Source of the DNA: Anaeromyxobacteraceae bacterium
GTDB lineage: Bacteria > Myxococcota > Myxococcia > Myxococcales > Anaeromyxobacteraceae
Direction of reading: 5' to 3'
NCBI GenBank assembly: GCA_047602405.1
Contig: JASGHJ010000002.1
Location: forward strand, 1,440,001 to 1,504,000
Length of the DNA stretch: 64,000 nucleotides
In this document: piece after piece, positions 46,077 through 54,757 of the stretch
Layout of the letters: every line of letters starts with the position of its first letter
How positions within the stretch are numbered: position 1 is the stretch's first letter
Made by a program: the position numbers and the translations under genes
The notes under the pieces: generated by a model
Told to the model about the DNA's origin: nothing
Seen by the model: the letters and a program-made list of their open reading frames with translations, nothing else
Databases searched by the model: none

Positions 46077-47168
46077 TCAGCGCTCCGTGCAGCTGATGCA
46101 GGGGTCGATCGTGAGGATGATGTTCGGGACGTCGGCGAGGTCGCAGTCCTTGAGGAGCTGGATCATCGCGGGCAGGTTGCCGAACGTGGGCGTGCGCGCC
46201 CGGAAGCGCTCCAGGAACTTCGTCCCGTTGCCGCGCAGGTAGTAGACGACCTCGCCGCGGGGCTGCTCGAGCCGGACGAAGGCCTCGCCCGACGGCGTGC
46301 CGCGGACCTTCGCGACGAGCGGCCCGTCGGCGGGCGGGATGCGCGCGATGGCCTGCTTCACGAGGTCGATGGCCTGGTCGAGCTCGCGCACGCGCACCTT
46401 GCACCGCGCCAGGCAGTCGCCGTCCTGCTCGAGGACGGGCTCGAAGGCGAGCTCGTGGTAGCGCGGGAAGTCCTCGTCCCCGCCCATCCGGACGTCGAGC
46501 GCCACGCCGGAGGCGCGCGCCATCGGCCCCACCGCGCCGGTGCGCACGGCCTCCTCGCGGGAGAGGTGGCCGACGCCGGCGAGGCGGTGGTGGATCGAGG
46601 CGTCCTCGAAGAAGACCTTCCTGACCTCGCGGAGGTCCTCGCGGAGCTGGTCGAGCGTCCGCTCGATGTGCTGGAGGGCGTCGGGCGCGACGTCCCGTGC
46701 CACGCCGCCGATCCGGTTGACCGAGAAGATGATGCGCCCGCCGGTGGTCTGGTCGAAGAGGTCGATGACCCGCTCGCGCAGCCGCCAGCAGTGCATGAAC
46801 AGGTTCTCGAAGCCGAAGCCGTCCGCCGCGAGCCCGAGCCACAGGAGGTGGCTGTGGATCCGCGAGAGCTCCGCCCAGATCAGCCGGAGCCACTGGGCGC
46901 GGGCCGGGACGTCGACCTTCATGATCCGCTCGACGCCCATCGCGTAGCCCATGCCGTGCATGAAGCTGCAGATGCCGCAGATGCGATCGGCGACGTTGCC
47001 GAAGTCGGTGAACTCGACCTTCTCGACCATCGCCTCGAGGCCGCGGTGGACGTAGCCGATGGCGGGCACCGCGTCGACCACGCGCTCGTCCTCGAGGACG
47101 AGGTCGAGCACGATCGGCTCGGGCAGCACGGGGTGCTGCGGGCCGAACGGGATGAACGTGCGCTTCAT
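46077..47168 (-). CDS. echE: Group 4 [NiFe] hydrogenase large subunit
   Basis: GPQHP, RICGIC (L1) and C-terminal DPCISCTER (L2) with no cleavable extension. Confidence 0.93.
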   Translation of the reverse strand: MKRTFIPFGPQHPVLPEPIVLDLVLEDERVVDAVPAIGYVHRGLEAMVEKVEFTDFGNVADRICGICSFMHGMGYAMGVERIMKVDVPARAQWLRLIWAELSRIHSHLLWLGLAADGFGFENLFMHCWRLRERVIDLFDQTTGGRIIFSVNRIGGVARDVAPDALQHIERTLDQLREDLREVRKVFFEDASIHHRLAGVGHLSREEAVRTGAVGPMARASGVALDVRMGGDEDFPRYHELAFEPVLEQDGDCLARCKVRVRELDQAIDLVKQAIARIPPADGPLVAKVRGTPSGEAFVRLEQPRGEVVYYLRGNGTKFLERFRARTPTFGNLPAMIQLLKDCDLADVPNIILTIDPCISCTER

Positions 47169-47546
47169 GACACCTTGCCCCGGGCGGCGAGCCGCTCCTT
47201 GATGGCCTTGCCGGAGAACGGGACCTTCCGGGAGGTCCGGTAGAGCTCGCCGCGGAAGTCGACGGTGAGCCCGGTCACGTCCACGCCGAAGAAGCTCGCG
47301 GATCTCGTTCTCGTAGAGGAAGGCGGACCCGAAGAGGGCCGACAGGCTCGGCACCCGCGCGCCGTGCTCGACCCGCTCGCGCAGGTGCTGGAGCTTGCCG
47401 CCCTGCTCGAAGGTCCAGACGAGGTCGACGTCGCCCTCCTCCTGGCCGGCCGCGGGCGGCAGGCCGGTCGCGTTGATGAGGACGAGCCGCCAGCCCGCCT
47501 TCGCGAGGCGCTCCGCCTCCCCGAGGAACCGCTCCGCGTCGATCAC
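47165..47546 (-). CDS. echD: EchD (NuoC-like) subunit; +1 frameshift near 47292
   Basis: VPSLSALFGSAFLYENEIREL, continuing FGVDVTG in the shifted frame; overlaps both neighbours. Confidence 0.8.
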
Positions 47547-47965
47547 GACTCCCTCCGCTTCCGCTCCAGGATCTCCACGCCCCGCAGGACCCCGTCGATG
47601 ATGCTCTCGGGGCGCGCGGCACAGCCGGGCACGTACGCGTCGACCGGGATCACCTGGTCGATGCCGCCCTTCACGTTGTAGGCCCGGGCGAAGATGCCCC
47701 CCGAGCTCGCGCAGGCGCCGACCGCGACCACGACCTTGGGGTCGGGCATCTGCCGGTAGAGGTTCTGGACCACGTCGACGTTCCGCTCGTTGACGCTGCC
47801 GGTCACGAGGAGGATGTCGGCGTGCCGCGGGTTGCCGGTGTTGATCACGCCCAGCCGCTCGGCGTCGTAGAGCGGCGTGAGGCAGGCGAGCACCTCGATG
47901 TCGCAGCCGTTGCAGCTCGAGGCGTCGTAGTGCAGCACCCACGGGGACTTCGACAGGGAGGACAC
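47543..47965 (-). CDS. echC: Hydrogenase small subunit (EchC/NuoB-like)
   Basis: SSCNGCDIE, NPRHAD, GACASSGG and VPGCAARPE motifs. Confidence 0.92.
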   Translation of the reverse strand: MSSLSKSPWVLHYDASSCNGCDIEVLACLTPLYDAERLGVINTGNPRHADILLVTGSVNERNVDVVQNLYRQMPDPKVVVAVGACASSGGIFARAYNVKGGIDQVIPVDAYVPGCAARPESIIDGVLRGVEILERKRRES

Positions 47966-47966
47966 G

Positions 47967-48822
47967 TCACCACCCCCGGAGGGAGACGAGGAGGGCGTTG
48001 CCGCCGGCGAGGAGCAGCGTCGCCGCCCAGGCCGAGCGCAGCATGAGCTGCCACGTCGCGCGCGCGGTGACGTTGTCCACGAGGATCTCGAGGAAGAGCG
48101 CCAGGAGGGCGGCGCCGATCGCGAGGGGCACGCTCCAGTTGAAGAAGAGGCAGGACGAACAGCCCCAGCAGCACGGTCTCGATCCAGTGGCCGAGCTCGA
48201 CCCAGGCGAGGAGGCGCGCCGACATGTCGGAGGTGAGCCCGCGCACGAGCTCCTGGTGGGCGTGGTGCGAGGTCGAGAGGTCGAAGGGCGACTTGCGCAG
48301 CTTGATGGTGACCACGACGAGGAACGCGAGGAGCACGCCCGGCAGCGCGAGCGCCACCTTGACCGGCGAGGCGAGGACGCCGGGCAGGGTGCTCGCGCCG
48401 GTCACGCGGCAGACGAGCGCCGCGAGCAGGATGAGGAGCGGCTCGGTCGCGAGCAGCGCCACGAGCTCGCGCTCGGCCCCCGCCGAGCCGAACGGCGAGT
48501 CCGCCGACCCGGCCGCGAGCGTGAGCAGGAGGGAGGAGAGGGCGAAGACGAAGGTGGCGAGGAGGAGGTCGCCGCCGCCGACGACGAGCGCGCCGGCGAG
48601 GGCCATCGTGACCACGTGCCCGAGGAGCAGCGGCTCGGCGAGGCCGTTCACCGTGCGGACCTCCTTCGAGAGGAGCTTGCCGAGGTCGAAGAACGGCTGC
48701 AGGAGCGGCGGCCCGATCCGGCCCTGCATGCGGGCGGTGACGACCCGGTCGGCGCCGGCGAGGAGGCCGCCGGCGAGCGGGGCGAGGAGGACGAACGCGA
48801 GGGCGGACAGGAGCGGGCTCAC
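47967..48822 (-). CDS. echB: EchB (NuoH-like) membrane subunit; +1 frameshift near 48150
   Basis: DRVVTARMQGRIGPPLLQPFFD and KLRKSPFDLSTSHHAHQELVRG motifs. Confidence 0.87.
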
Positions 48823-50744
48823 GGCTTCACCACCGCGCCGAGGAGGAGGGTCGCGGCGACGACCACGGCACCGAGGGCCGCGCCGGCGCGGAACACGCGC
48901 CCGCCGTCGAGGAGGCCCCGCAGGTAGAAGTTGCGCGTCGAGAGCTCGCGCGCGCCCCCGCGCGGGGACGAGACCGTGTGCGAGGCGGAGACGGTCCGGC
49001 CCGAGACGTAGATGCCGCCGAGGTCGTGGGTGGGCCGCACCGTGAGACGCCACGCGGCGAGGGGCAGGAACGCGGTGGCCACCACCAGCGCCGGGGCCAT
49101 CCAGGGGTCGAGCGCGAGGAGCGGTCCCTCGCCCCCGGGGAGCGCGGCCTGGACCCACGGGGACACGACCGCGCTCGAGAGCACGCCCACGCCGCCGGCG
49201 AGCCCGAGCACGAGCGCGGCGTGGGTGGTCTCGGCGAACCACTCGAACCCGCTCACGCGGGCCTCGATGGCGCGCTCGGGCTCCGGGATCGCCCGGGTCG
49301 CGAGGACCTTCAGGAGCAGCTTCGCCCAGTAGTAGAGGGTGCAGCCGCTGCCGAACGAGAGCACGAGGAGGGCGACCGCGCCCGCCCACCCCGGGAGCAT
49401 CAGGAAGGCGCGGATGGCGGTCCACTTCGCGATCACCACGCCGAAGGGCGCGATGAACATGCCGGCGATGCCGGTGAGCGCGAGCACCGCCACCCGGGGG
49501 AGCCGCGAGACGAGGTGGTCGAGGTTCTCGAGGTCCTTCGTGTAGAAGCGGTTCTCGAGGGTGCCGACGACGAGGAAGAGCAGGCTCTTCGCGACCGCGT
49601 GGAAGATCACGAGCATCACCGCCGCCCAGAGCGCCACCGCGTTCGCGAGGCCGGCGCACGCGACGATGAGCCCGAGGTTCGCGAGGGTCGAGCAGGCGAG
49701 CACCTTCTTCGCGTTCTGCTCCCCGACCGCCACGAGCGAGGCGGTGAGGAACGTGAGGAGGCCGACGGTCGCCACGCCGCCGCCGACGACCGTGCCGGCC
49801 ATGGCGGGGGCGAGCCGGATGAGGAGGAAGACGCCCGCCTTCACCATGGTCGAGGAGTGGAGCAGGGCGGAGGTGGGCGTGGGCGCGTACATGGCGCCGA
49901 GGAGCCAGGACGAGAACGGCAGCTGCGCGCTCTTCGTGAGCCCCGCGAGGGCGAGCAGGCCGAGCGCCGGGACCGCGGCGGGGCCGAGCGCGCCGGAGGC
50001 GAGCGTGGCCACGTCGAGCCCGCCGGGGATGCGCGCGAGGAGGAGGATGGCGACGGCGAAGCCGAGGCCGCCGAGGAGGTTCAGCTCGAGGGCCCGGAAC
50101 GCGTACCCGATCGTCTCCTCGGTGCGCGTGTAGCCGATGAGGAGGAACGAGCAGAGCGTCGTCACCTCCCAGAACAGGTACAGGTGCGGCAGCTCGTTCG
50201 CGACGACGAGGCCGAACATCGCCGAGACGAACACGAACAGCAGGAAGAAGAACGAGGTGCGCCGGCCGGCGACCTGCGGGTGCTGCCGGTGGTAGTCGCG
50301 CATGTAGCCGAGCGCGTGGACGCAGATGAGCGTCCCCAGGATCCCGACGATCGCGATCATGACCACAGAGAGGTGATCGACGCGGAGCGCGCGGCCCTCG
50401 ACCGCCTCGGGGTGGCCGGTCCACTCGAGCCAGGCGCCGATCCCGAACTGCGCGACGGCGAGGGCCGGGGCGAGGGGCCGGCGGTGCCGGAGGCCCAGGC
50501 CGACGACGAGCAGGGCGAGCGCGGCCTCCACCGCGAGGACGAGGTGCGGCGGCAGCTCTACCGGCGCCGCGAGGAAGGCCGGGCCGGTCCCGGCGAACTC
50601 GACCGCGACGGCGAGCGTGGCCGCCGCCACAGTCACGCAGGCGGCGAGCACCACCGCGGTGCGGCGCGCCGGCCGGGTGGTGAAGAGCAGCGCGGCGCTC
50701 GCGGCGAGCGGGACGAGGAGGAGCGTGACGAGGAGCGGGAGCAT
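48819..50744 (-). CDS. echA: EchA (NuoL/Mrp antiporter-like) membrane subunit
   Basis: FWEVTTLCSFLLIG, KSAQLPF, APTPTSALLHSSTMVKAG and FHAVAKSLLF motifs. Confidence 0.9.
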   Translation of the reverse strand: MLPLLVTLLLVPLAASAALLFTTRPARRTAVVLAACVTVAAATLAVAVEFAGTGPAFLAAPVELPPHLVLAVEAALALLVVGLGLRHRRPLAPALAVAQFGIGAWLEWTGHPEAVEGRALRVDHLSVVMIAIVGILGTLICVHALGYMRDYHRQHPQVAGRRTSFFFLLFVFVSAMFGLVVANELPHLYLFWEVTTLCSFLLIGYTRTEETIGYAFRALELNLLGGLGFAVAILLLARIPGGLDVATLASGALGPAAVPALGLLALAGLTKSAQLPFSSWLLGAMYAPTPTSALLHSSTMVKAGVFLLIRLAPAMAGTVVGGGVATVGLLTFLTASLVAVGEQNAKKVLACSTLANLGLIVACAGLANAVALWAAVMLVIFHAVAKSLLFLVVGTLENRFYTKDLENLDHLVSRLPRVAVLALTGIAGMFIAPFGVVIAKWTAIRAFLMLPGWAGAVALLVLSFGSGCTLYYWAKLLLKVLATRAIPEPERAIEARVSGFEWFAETTHAALVLGLAGGVGVLSSAVVSPWVQAALPGGEGPLLALDPWMAPALVVATAFLPLAAWRLTVRPTHDLGGIYVSGRTVSASHTVSSPRGGARELSTRNFYLRGLLDGGRVFRAGAALGAVVVAATLLLGAVVKP

Positions 50745-51212
50745 CTAGCGGCCTCGACGGTGGGGCGCGCCGGCCGGGGCGCGGGAGGTCTCTTCCAGGA
50801 GGTGCTCGACCGCCTCGACGAGGACGGCGGGGGCGAGCGGCTTCTCGACGTAGCGGTGCACGGGGAGCCAGCCGTCGCGGTCCTGCGCCTCGAGGTCGGC
50901 CTCGTCGAGGTGGTCGTCCACGCCCGTGAGCATCAGGATTGGCGTGGCCGGGTGGGCCTTCGCCATCCAGCGCGCGAGCTCGAAGCCCGCGTCGAAGCGC
51001 TCCATCATCACGTCCAGGATCAGGAGGTCCGGGCGGAGCGCTTCCACGGCGGTGCGCCCCTCCGCGGCGGAGTGGGCGACCGAGGCGCGGTGGCCCGCCG
51101 CCTCGAGGACCGCCCGGTGCCGGGCGACGAGGTCGACGTCGTCGTCGACGATCAGGACGTGGGCGTGCGGGGCTTCGTGGACCGCGGACACGTGCGTGCC
51201 TTTCTCGGCCAC
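50745..51212 (-). CDS. Stand-alone response regulator receiver, first gene of the ech operon
   Basis: LIVDDD, LDVMM, MLT and EKP motifs; start codon uncertain. Confidence 0.85.
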   Translation of the reverse strand: MAEKGTHVSAVHEAPHAHVLIVDDDVDLVARHRAVLEAAGHRASVAHSAAEGRTAVEALRPDLLILDVMMERFDAGFELARWMAKAHPATPILMLTGVDDHLDEADLEAQDRDGWLPVHRYVEKPLAPAVLVEAVEHLLEETSRAPAGAPHRRGR

Positions 51213-51280
51213 GGAGGGTGGCCAGGAGGTGGTGCGGAGCCTCCACGCGGACCGGACGCCGGGCCGCCGCCGGGCCCTGG

Positions 51281-51297
51281 AGCAAAGTTCCGGCCAA
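51281..51297 (-). promoter_or_regulatory. Sigma54 (-24/-12) promoter of the receiver-ech operon
   Basis: Minus strand reads TTGGCCGGAACTTTGCT (GG-N10-GC). Confidence 0.7.
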
Positions 51298-51542
51298 CGC
51301 GAGGGCCCGGGCAGACCTGGGGCATTTCACCCAGGCCCGGCCGCGATCGGCGTCTGGCGGGCCGCGACCGGCGACGCGGGCCGTGAACCGGGACGCGCGA
51401 CCGCTCCACGGGTCATGGCGCGGAGGTGTGGCGTTGCGCCGCGCCACGGCGCGCGCTGCGCGATCACGCAGAATCCGCGCGTCCCGCACCCGTTTCGCGG
51501 TGGGTGCGGGCATTGCAGGGCACGACGTGAGGAGGATTTCGC

Positions 51543-53558
51543 ATGGAAACCGGGGTCTCGGATCGGAGGGCCGGCGCACGCGATGCGGAGCCCGCGCTCG
51601 TCTTCACGGCCGGGGACCGCTGCCGCCTCTGCTTCACGTGCCTGCGCGAGTGCCCGGCGAAGGCCATCCAGGTCAAGGGAGGCCAGGCGGCGGTCGTGTC
51701 GGAGCGCTGCGTCGCCTGCGGCCACTGCGTGCGGGTGTGCAGCCAGGGGGCGAAGCAGTACCGGCGGGACGTCGACGAGGTGCGGGCCCTGCTCGCCTCC
51801 GGCGCGCGCGCGGCGATCTGCCTCTCCCCCGTGTTCCCCGTGGAGTTCGACGACGTCCCGGAGCCGCGCCTCCTGGGCCGGCTCCGTGCCCTCGGCTTCG
51901 CGTTCGTGGTGGACGCCGGCTTCGGCAACGACCTCGTCGCGCGCGCCTACCGCGAGCTCCTCTCGCCGGAGGGGGGCGGGCGGCGCCGCATCGCCACGAC
52001 CTGCCCGGCCATGGTCGGCTACGTCGAGCGGTTCCACCCGGCGCTCGTCCCGGCGCTCGCGCCGGTGGTGTCGCCGATGGTGGCGATCGCGCGGTGGCTC
52101 CGCGCGGAGCACGGCGAGGACCTCCAGGTCGTCTACGCGGGCCCGTGCGTGGCGAAGAAGGCCGAGCGCCGGGCCCCGGACGTCGCGGGCGACGTCGCCC
52201 GGGTGCTCACCTTCGACGAGCTGCGGGAGCTGTTGCGGGGCGCGCCGGGCGACGCACCGGACGGCGGGTTCGACGGCCCGGCCGGCTTCGGCGCCCCGCT
52301 GAAGGTCCAGCTCGGCAGGCCGGGGGCGCGGCCGCGCCCGCCGCACGCGGTGGTCTCGGCCGACGGCCGGCTCCGGGCCTACGAGGCGGTCGAGGAGGCC
52401 GCCTCCGGCGCGGTCGAGGCGGAGCTCCTGCACCTGCTCTCCTGCCGCGGCTGCGTCGAGGGCCCGGGCTGCACGACCCGGGCGCCGCACTTCGCGCGGG
52501 TCGGGGCGCTCTCCCGCCACGCGCGGGAGCGGCTGACCCGCTTCGACGAGCCCGCCTGGACGCGCCGGCTGGACGCGGCCGAGGCGCTCCCGCTCGACCG
52601 GACGTTCGCCGCGCGCGACGTGCGGCAGAGGGCGCCGAAGGACGCGGTGCTGGACGGGATCCTCGCTCGCCTCGGCAAGGCGCGGCCGCAGGACGAGCTC
52701 AACTGCGGCGCCTGCGGGTACGAGACCTGCCGCGGCCTCGCCCGGGCGATCCACGCCGGGCTGGCCGAGCCCGACATGTGCCTCCCGTCGAGCGTGGAGC
52801 ACCTCCGGGCGGCCCTCTCCGACCTCGCCGACGCGAACCAGCGGCTCGCGAGCACGCAGGACGCGCTCGCGCACGCGGAGCGGCTCGCCAACCTCGGCCA
52901 GCTCGCCGCGGGCGTGGCCCACGAGCTCAACAACCCGCTCGGCGTCATCCTCGTCTACGCGCACCTCCTCCTCGACGCCTGCCCGCCCGAGCGACCCGAC
53001 CGCCCGGATCTCGCGCTCATCGCCGAGCACGCCGACCGCTGCCGCCGGATCGTGAGCGGCCTCCTCGACTTCGCCCGGCAGAACAAGCTCGTGGTGCAGG
53101 CGGTGGACCTCCCCCGGCTCGTCGCGAACGCGCTCCGCGCCGCGCCCCCGCCCGCCGGGATCGAGGTGGTCACGGCGCACGCGGGCGACCCGGTGGCCGC
53201 GCTCGACCGGGACCAGCTCGCGCAGGTGCTGGCGAACCTCGTCGGGAACGCCTACGACGCGATGCCCGAGGGCGGGCGCCTCACCGTGCGGACCTCGGGG
53301 GACGCGGATCGCGTGCGGATCGAGGTCGAGGACACCGGCACCGGGATCCAGCCCGAGCACCTCGGCCGGGTGTTCGAGCCGTTCTTCTCGACGAAGCCCA
53401 TCGGGCGGGGCACCGGCCTCGGGCTCGCGGTCTGCTACGGGATCGTGAAGGTCCACCGCGGCGAGCTCGCGGTGCGCTCGAACGCGGACCCGGCCCGCGG
53501 GCCGCGGGGGACGACCTTCAGCGTGGTGCTGCCCCGCCGGGTGGAGGCGTCGCCGTGA
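51543..53558 (+). CDS. [FeFe]-hydrogenase-like (HydS/group C type) sensor histidine kinase
   Basis: 2x[4Fe-4S], H-cluster-like motifs TTCP / GPCVAKKAE / SCRGC, FeS domain NCGACGYETC..C, then AHELNNPL HisKA and HATPase. Confidence 0.85.
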   Translation: METGVSDRRAGARDAEPALVFTAGDRCRLCFTCLRECPAKAIQVKGGQAAVVSERCVACGHCVRVCSQGAKQYRRDVDEVRALLASGARAAICLSPVFPVEFDDVPEPRLLGRLRALGFAFVVDAGFGNDLVARAYRELLSPEGGGRRRIATTCPAMVGYVERFHPALVPALAPVVSPMVAIARWLRAEHGEDLQVVYAGPCVAKKAERRAPDVAGDVARVLTFDELRELLRGAPGDAPDGGFDGPAGFGAPLKVQLGRPGARPRPPHAVVSADGRLRAYEAVEEAASGAVEAELLHLLSCRGCVEGPGCTTRAPHFARVGALSRHARERLTRFDEPAWTRRLDAAEALPLDRTFAARDVRQRAPKDAVLDGILARLGKARPQDELNCGACGYETCRGLARAIHAGLAEPDMCLPSSVEHLRAALSDLADANQRLASTQDALAHAERLANLGQLAAGVAHELNNPLGVILVYAHLLLDACPPERPDRPDLALIAEHADRCRRIVSGLLDFARQNKLVVQAVDLPRLVANALRAAPPPAGIEVVTAHAGDPVAALDRDQLAQVLANLVGNAYDAMPEGGRLTVRTSGDADRVRIEVEDTGTGIQPEHLGRVFEPFFSTKPIGRGTGLGLAVCYGIVKVHRGELAVRSNADPARGPRGTTFSVVLPRRVEASP

Positions 53559-54724
53559 CGCCGGCCGCCGCCGACGGGCCGCTCACCCTCTCGGTGCTCG
53601 TCGTGGACGACGAGCCCGGGATGCGCCTCGGGGCGGCCCGGGTGCTCGCGGGCTTCCGCTGCGCGCCGCCGGAGGCCGAGGGGCGGGAGGTCGCGCTGCG
53701 GGTCGAGGCCGTCGAGACCGGCGAGGCCGCGCTGGAGCGCATCCGGGCGGAGCGGCCCGACCTCGTGCTCCTCGACGAGCGGCTGCCGGGGCTCTCGGGG
53801 CTGGAGGTCCTCGCCCGCCTCGCGGCCGAGGCGCCCGAGGTGCTCACGGTCATGGTGACCGCCTACGCGACGCTCGGGGCCGCCGTCGCCGCGACGAAGC
53901 GCGGCGCGTTCGACTTCCTCGCGAAGCCGTTCACGCCCGACGAGCTCAGGGCCACCGTGGAGAAGGCGGTCCGGCACGCCCTGCTCCTGCGGCAGGCGCG
54001 CCGCCACGCCGACGAGCGCCGCCGCATCCGGTTCGAGTTCGTGTCGGTGCTGGCGCACGAGCTCAAGGCGCCGCTCTCCGCGGTGGAGGGGAACCTGCTC
54101 GACATGGAGGCCGGCGTGTTCGGCCCGGACCTCGCGAGCTACCGGGCCTCGGTCGCGCGCGGCGTCGAGCGGCTGCGCGGGATGCGGCGGCTCGTGGCGG
54201 ACCTGCTCGACCTCACCGCCATCGAGTCCGGGGAGCGCCGCCGCGCGCTCGTCACCCTCGAGGTCGGCGCGGTGGCGGCGGCCATCCTCGACGGGTTCTC
54301 GCGGGCCGCTGGGGAGGCGGGCGTCGCGCTCCGGCTGGCCCCCGCGGACCCGGTCTGGGCCGAGGTCGACCGGCGCGAGCTCGAGCTCGTCCTCACGAAC
54401 CTCGTCGACAACGCCATCAAGTACAACCGGCGCGGCGGCCGCGTGGAGGTCGCGGTGGCGCCGGTCGATGGCCGGGTCCGCGTGGTGGTGGAGGACACCG
54501 GCATCGGCATCGCGCCGGAGGAGGCCGCGGGCCTCTTCAAGGAGTTCGTCCGCGTGCGCACCGCCGAGACCCGGCACCTGCCCGGCAGCGGCCTCGGGCT
54601 CGCCACGGTCCGCAAGGTCGCGCAGCTCTACGGGGGCGACGCCACGCTCCGGAGCGAGCCCGGCGCGGGCACGCGCGTCGAGGTCGAGCTCGGCCCGGTC
54701 GCGGCAGGGCCCCGGGGGAGCTGA
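53555..54724 (+). CDS. Hybrid response regulator-histidine kinase (REC-HisKA-HATPase)
   Basis: VVDDE, LLDERLPG, KPF, then AHELKAPL, NAIKYN, DTGIG and GSGLGL; GTGA overlap with the upstream kinase. Confidence 0.9.
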   Translation: MTPAAADGPLTLSVLVVDDEPGMRLGAARVLAGFRCAPPEAEGREVALRVEAVETGEAALERIRAERPDLVLLDERLPGLSGLEVLARLAAEAPEVLTVMVTAYATLGAAVAATKRGAFDFLAKPFTPDELRATVEKAVRHALLLRQARRHADERRRIRFEFVSVLAHELKAPLSAVEGNLLDMEAGVFGPDLASYRASVARGVERLRGMRRLVADLLDLTAIESGERRRALVTLEVGAVAAAILDGFSRAAGEAGVALRLAPADPVWAEVDRRELELVLTNLVDNAIKYNRRGGRVEVAVAPVDGRVRVVVEDTGIGIAPEEAAGLFKEFVRVRTAETRHLPGSGLGLATVRKVAQLYGGDATLRSEPGAGTRVEVELGPVAAGPRGS

Positions 54725-54757
54725 GGCCCCCGGAGCGCGCCCGCGCCGCCCGGGAGC

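Noticed and set aside
45655..50744. Complex I (nuo) fragment or formate hydrogenlyase
   Set aside because: The large subunit keeps both Ni-binding CxxC motifs and the six-gene order matches echABCDEF; there are no formate dehydrogenase genes.
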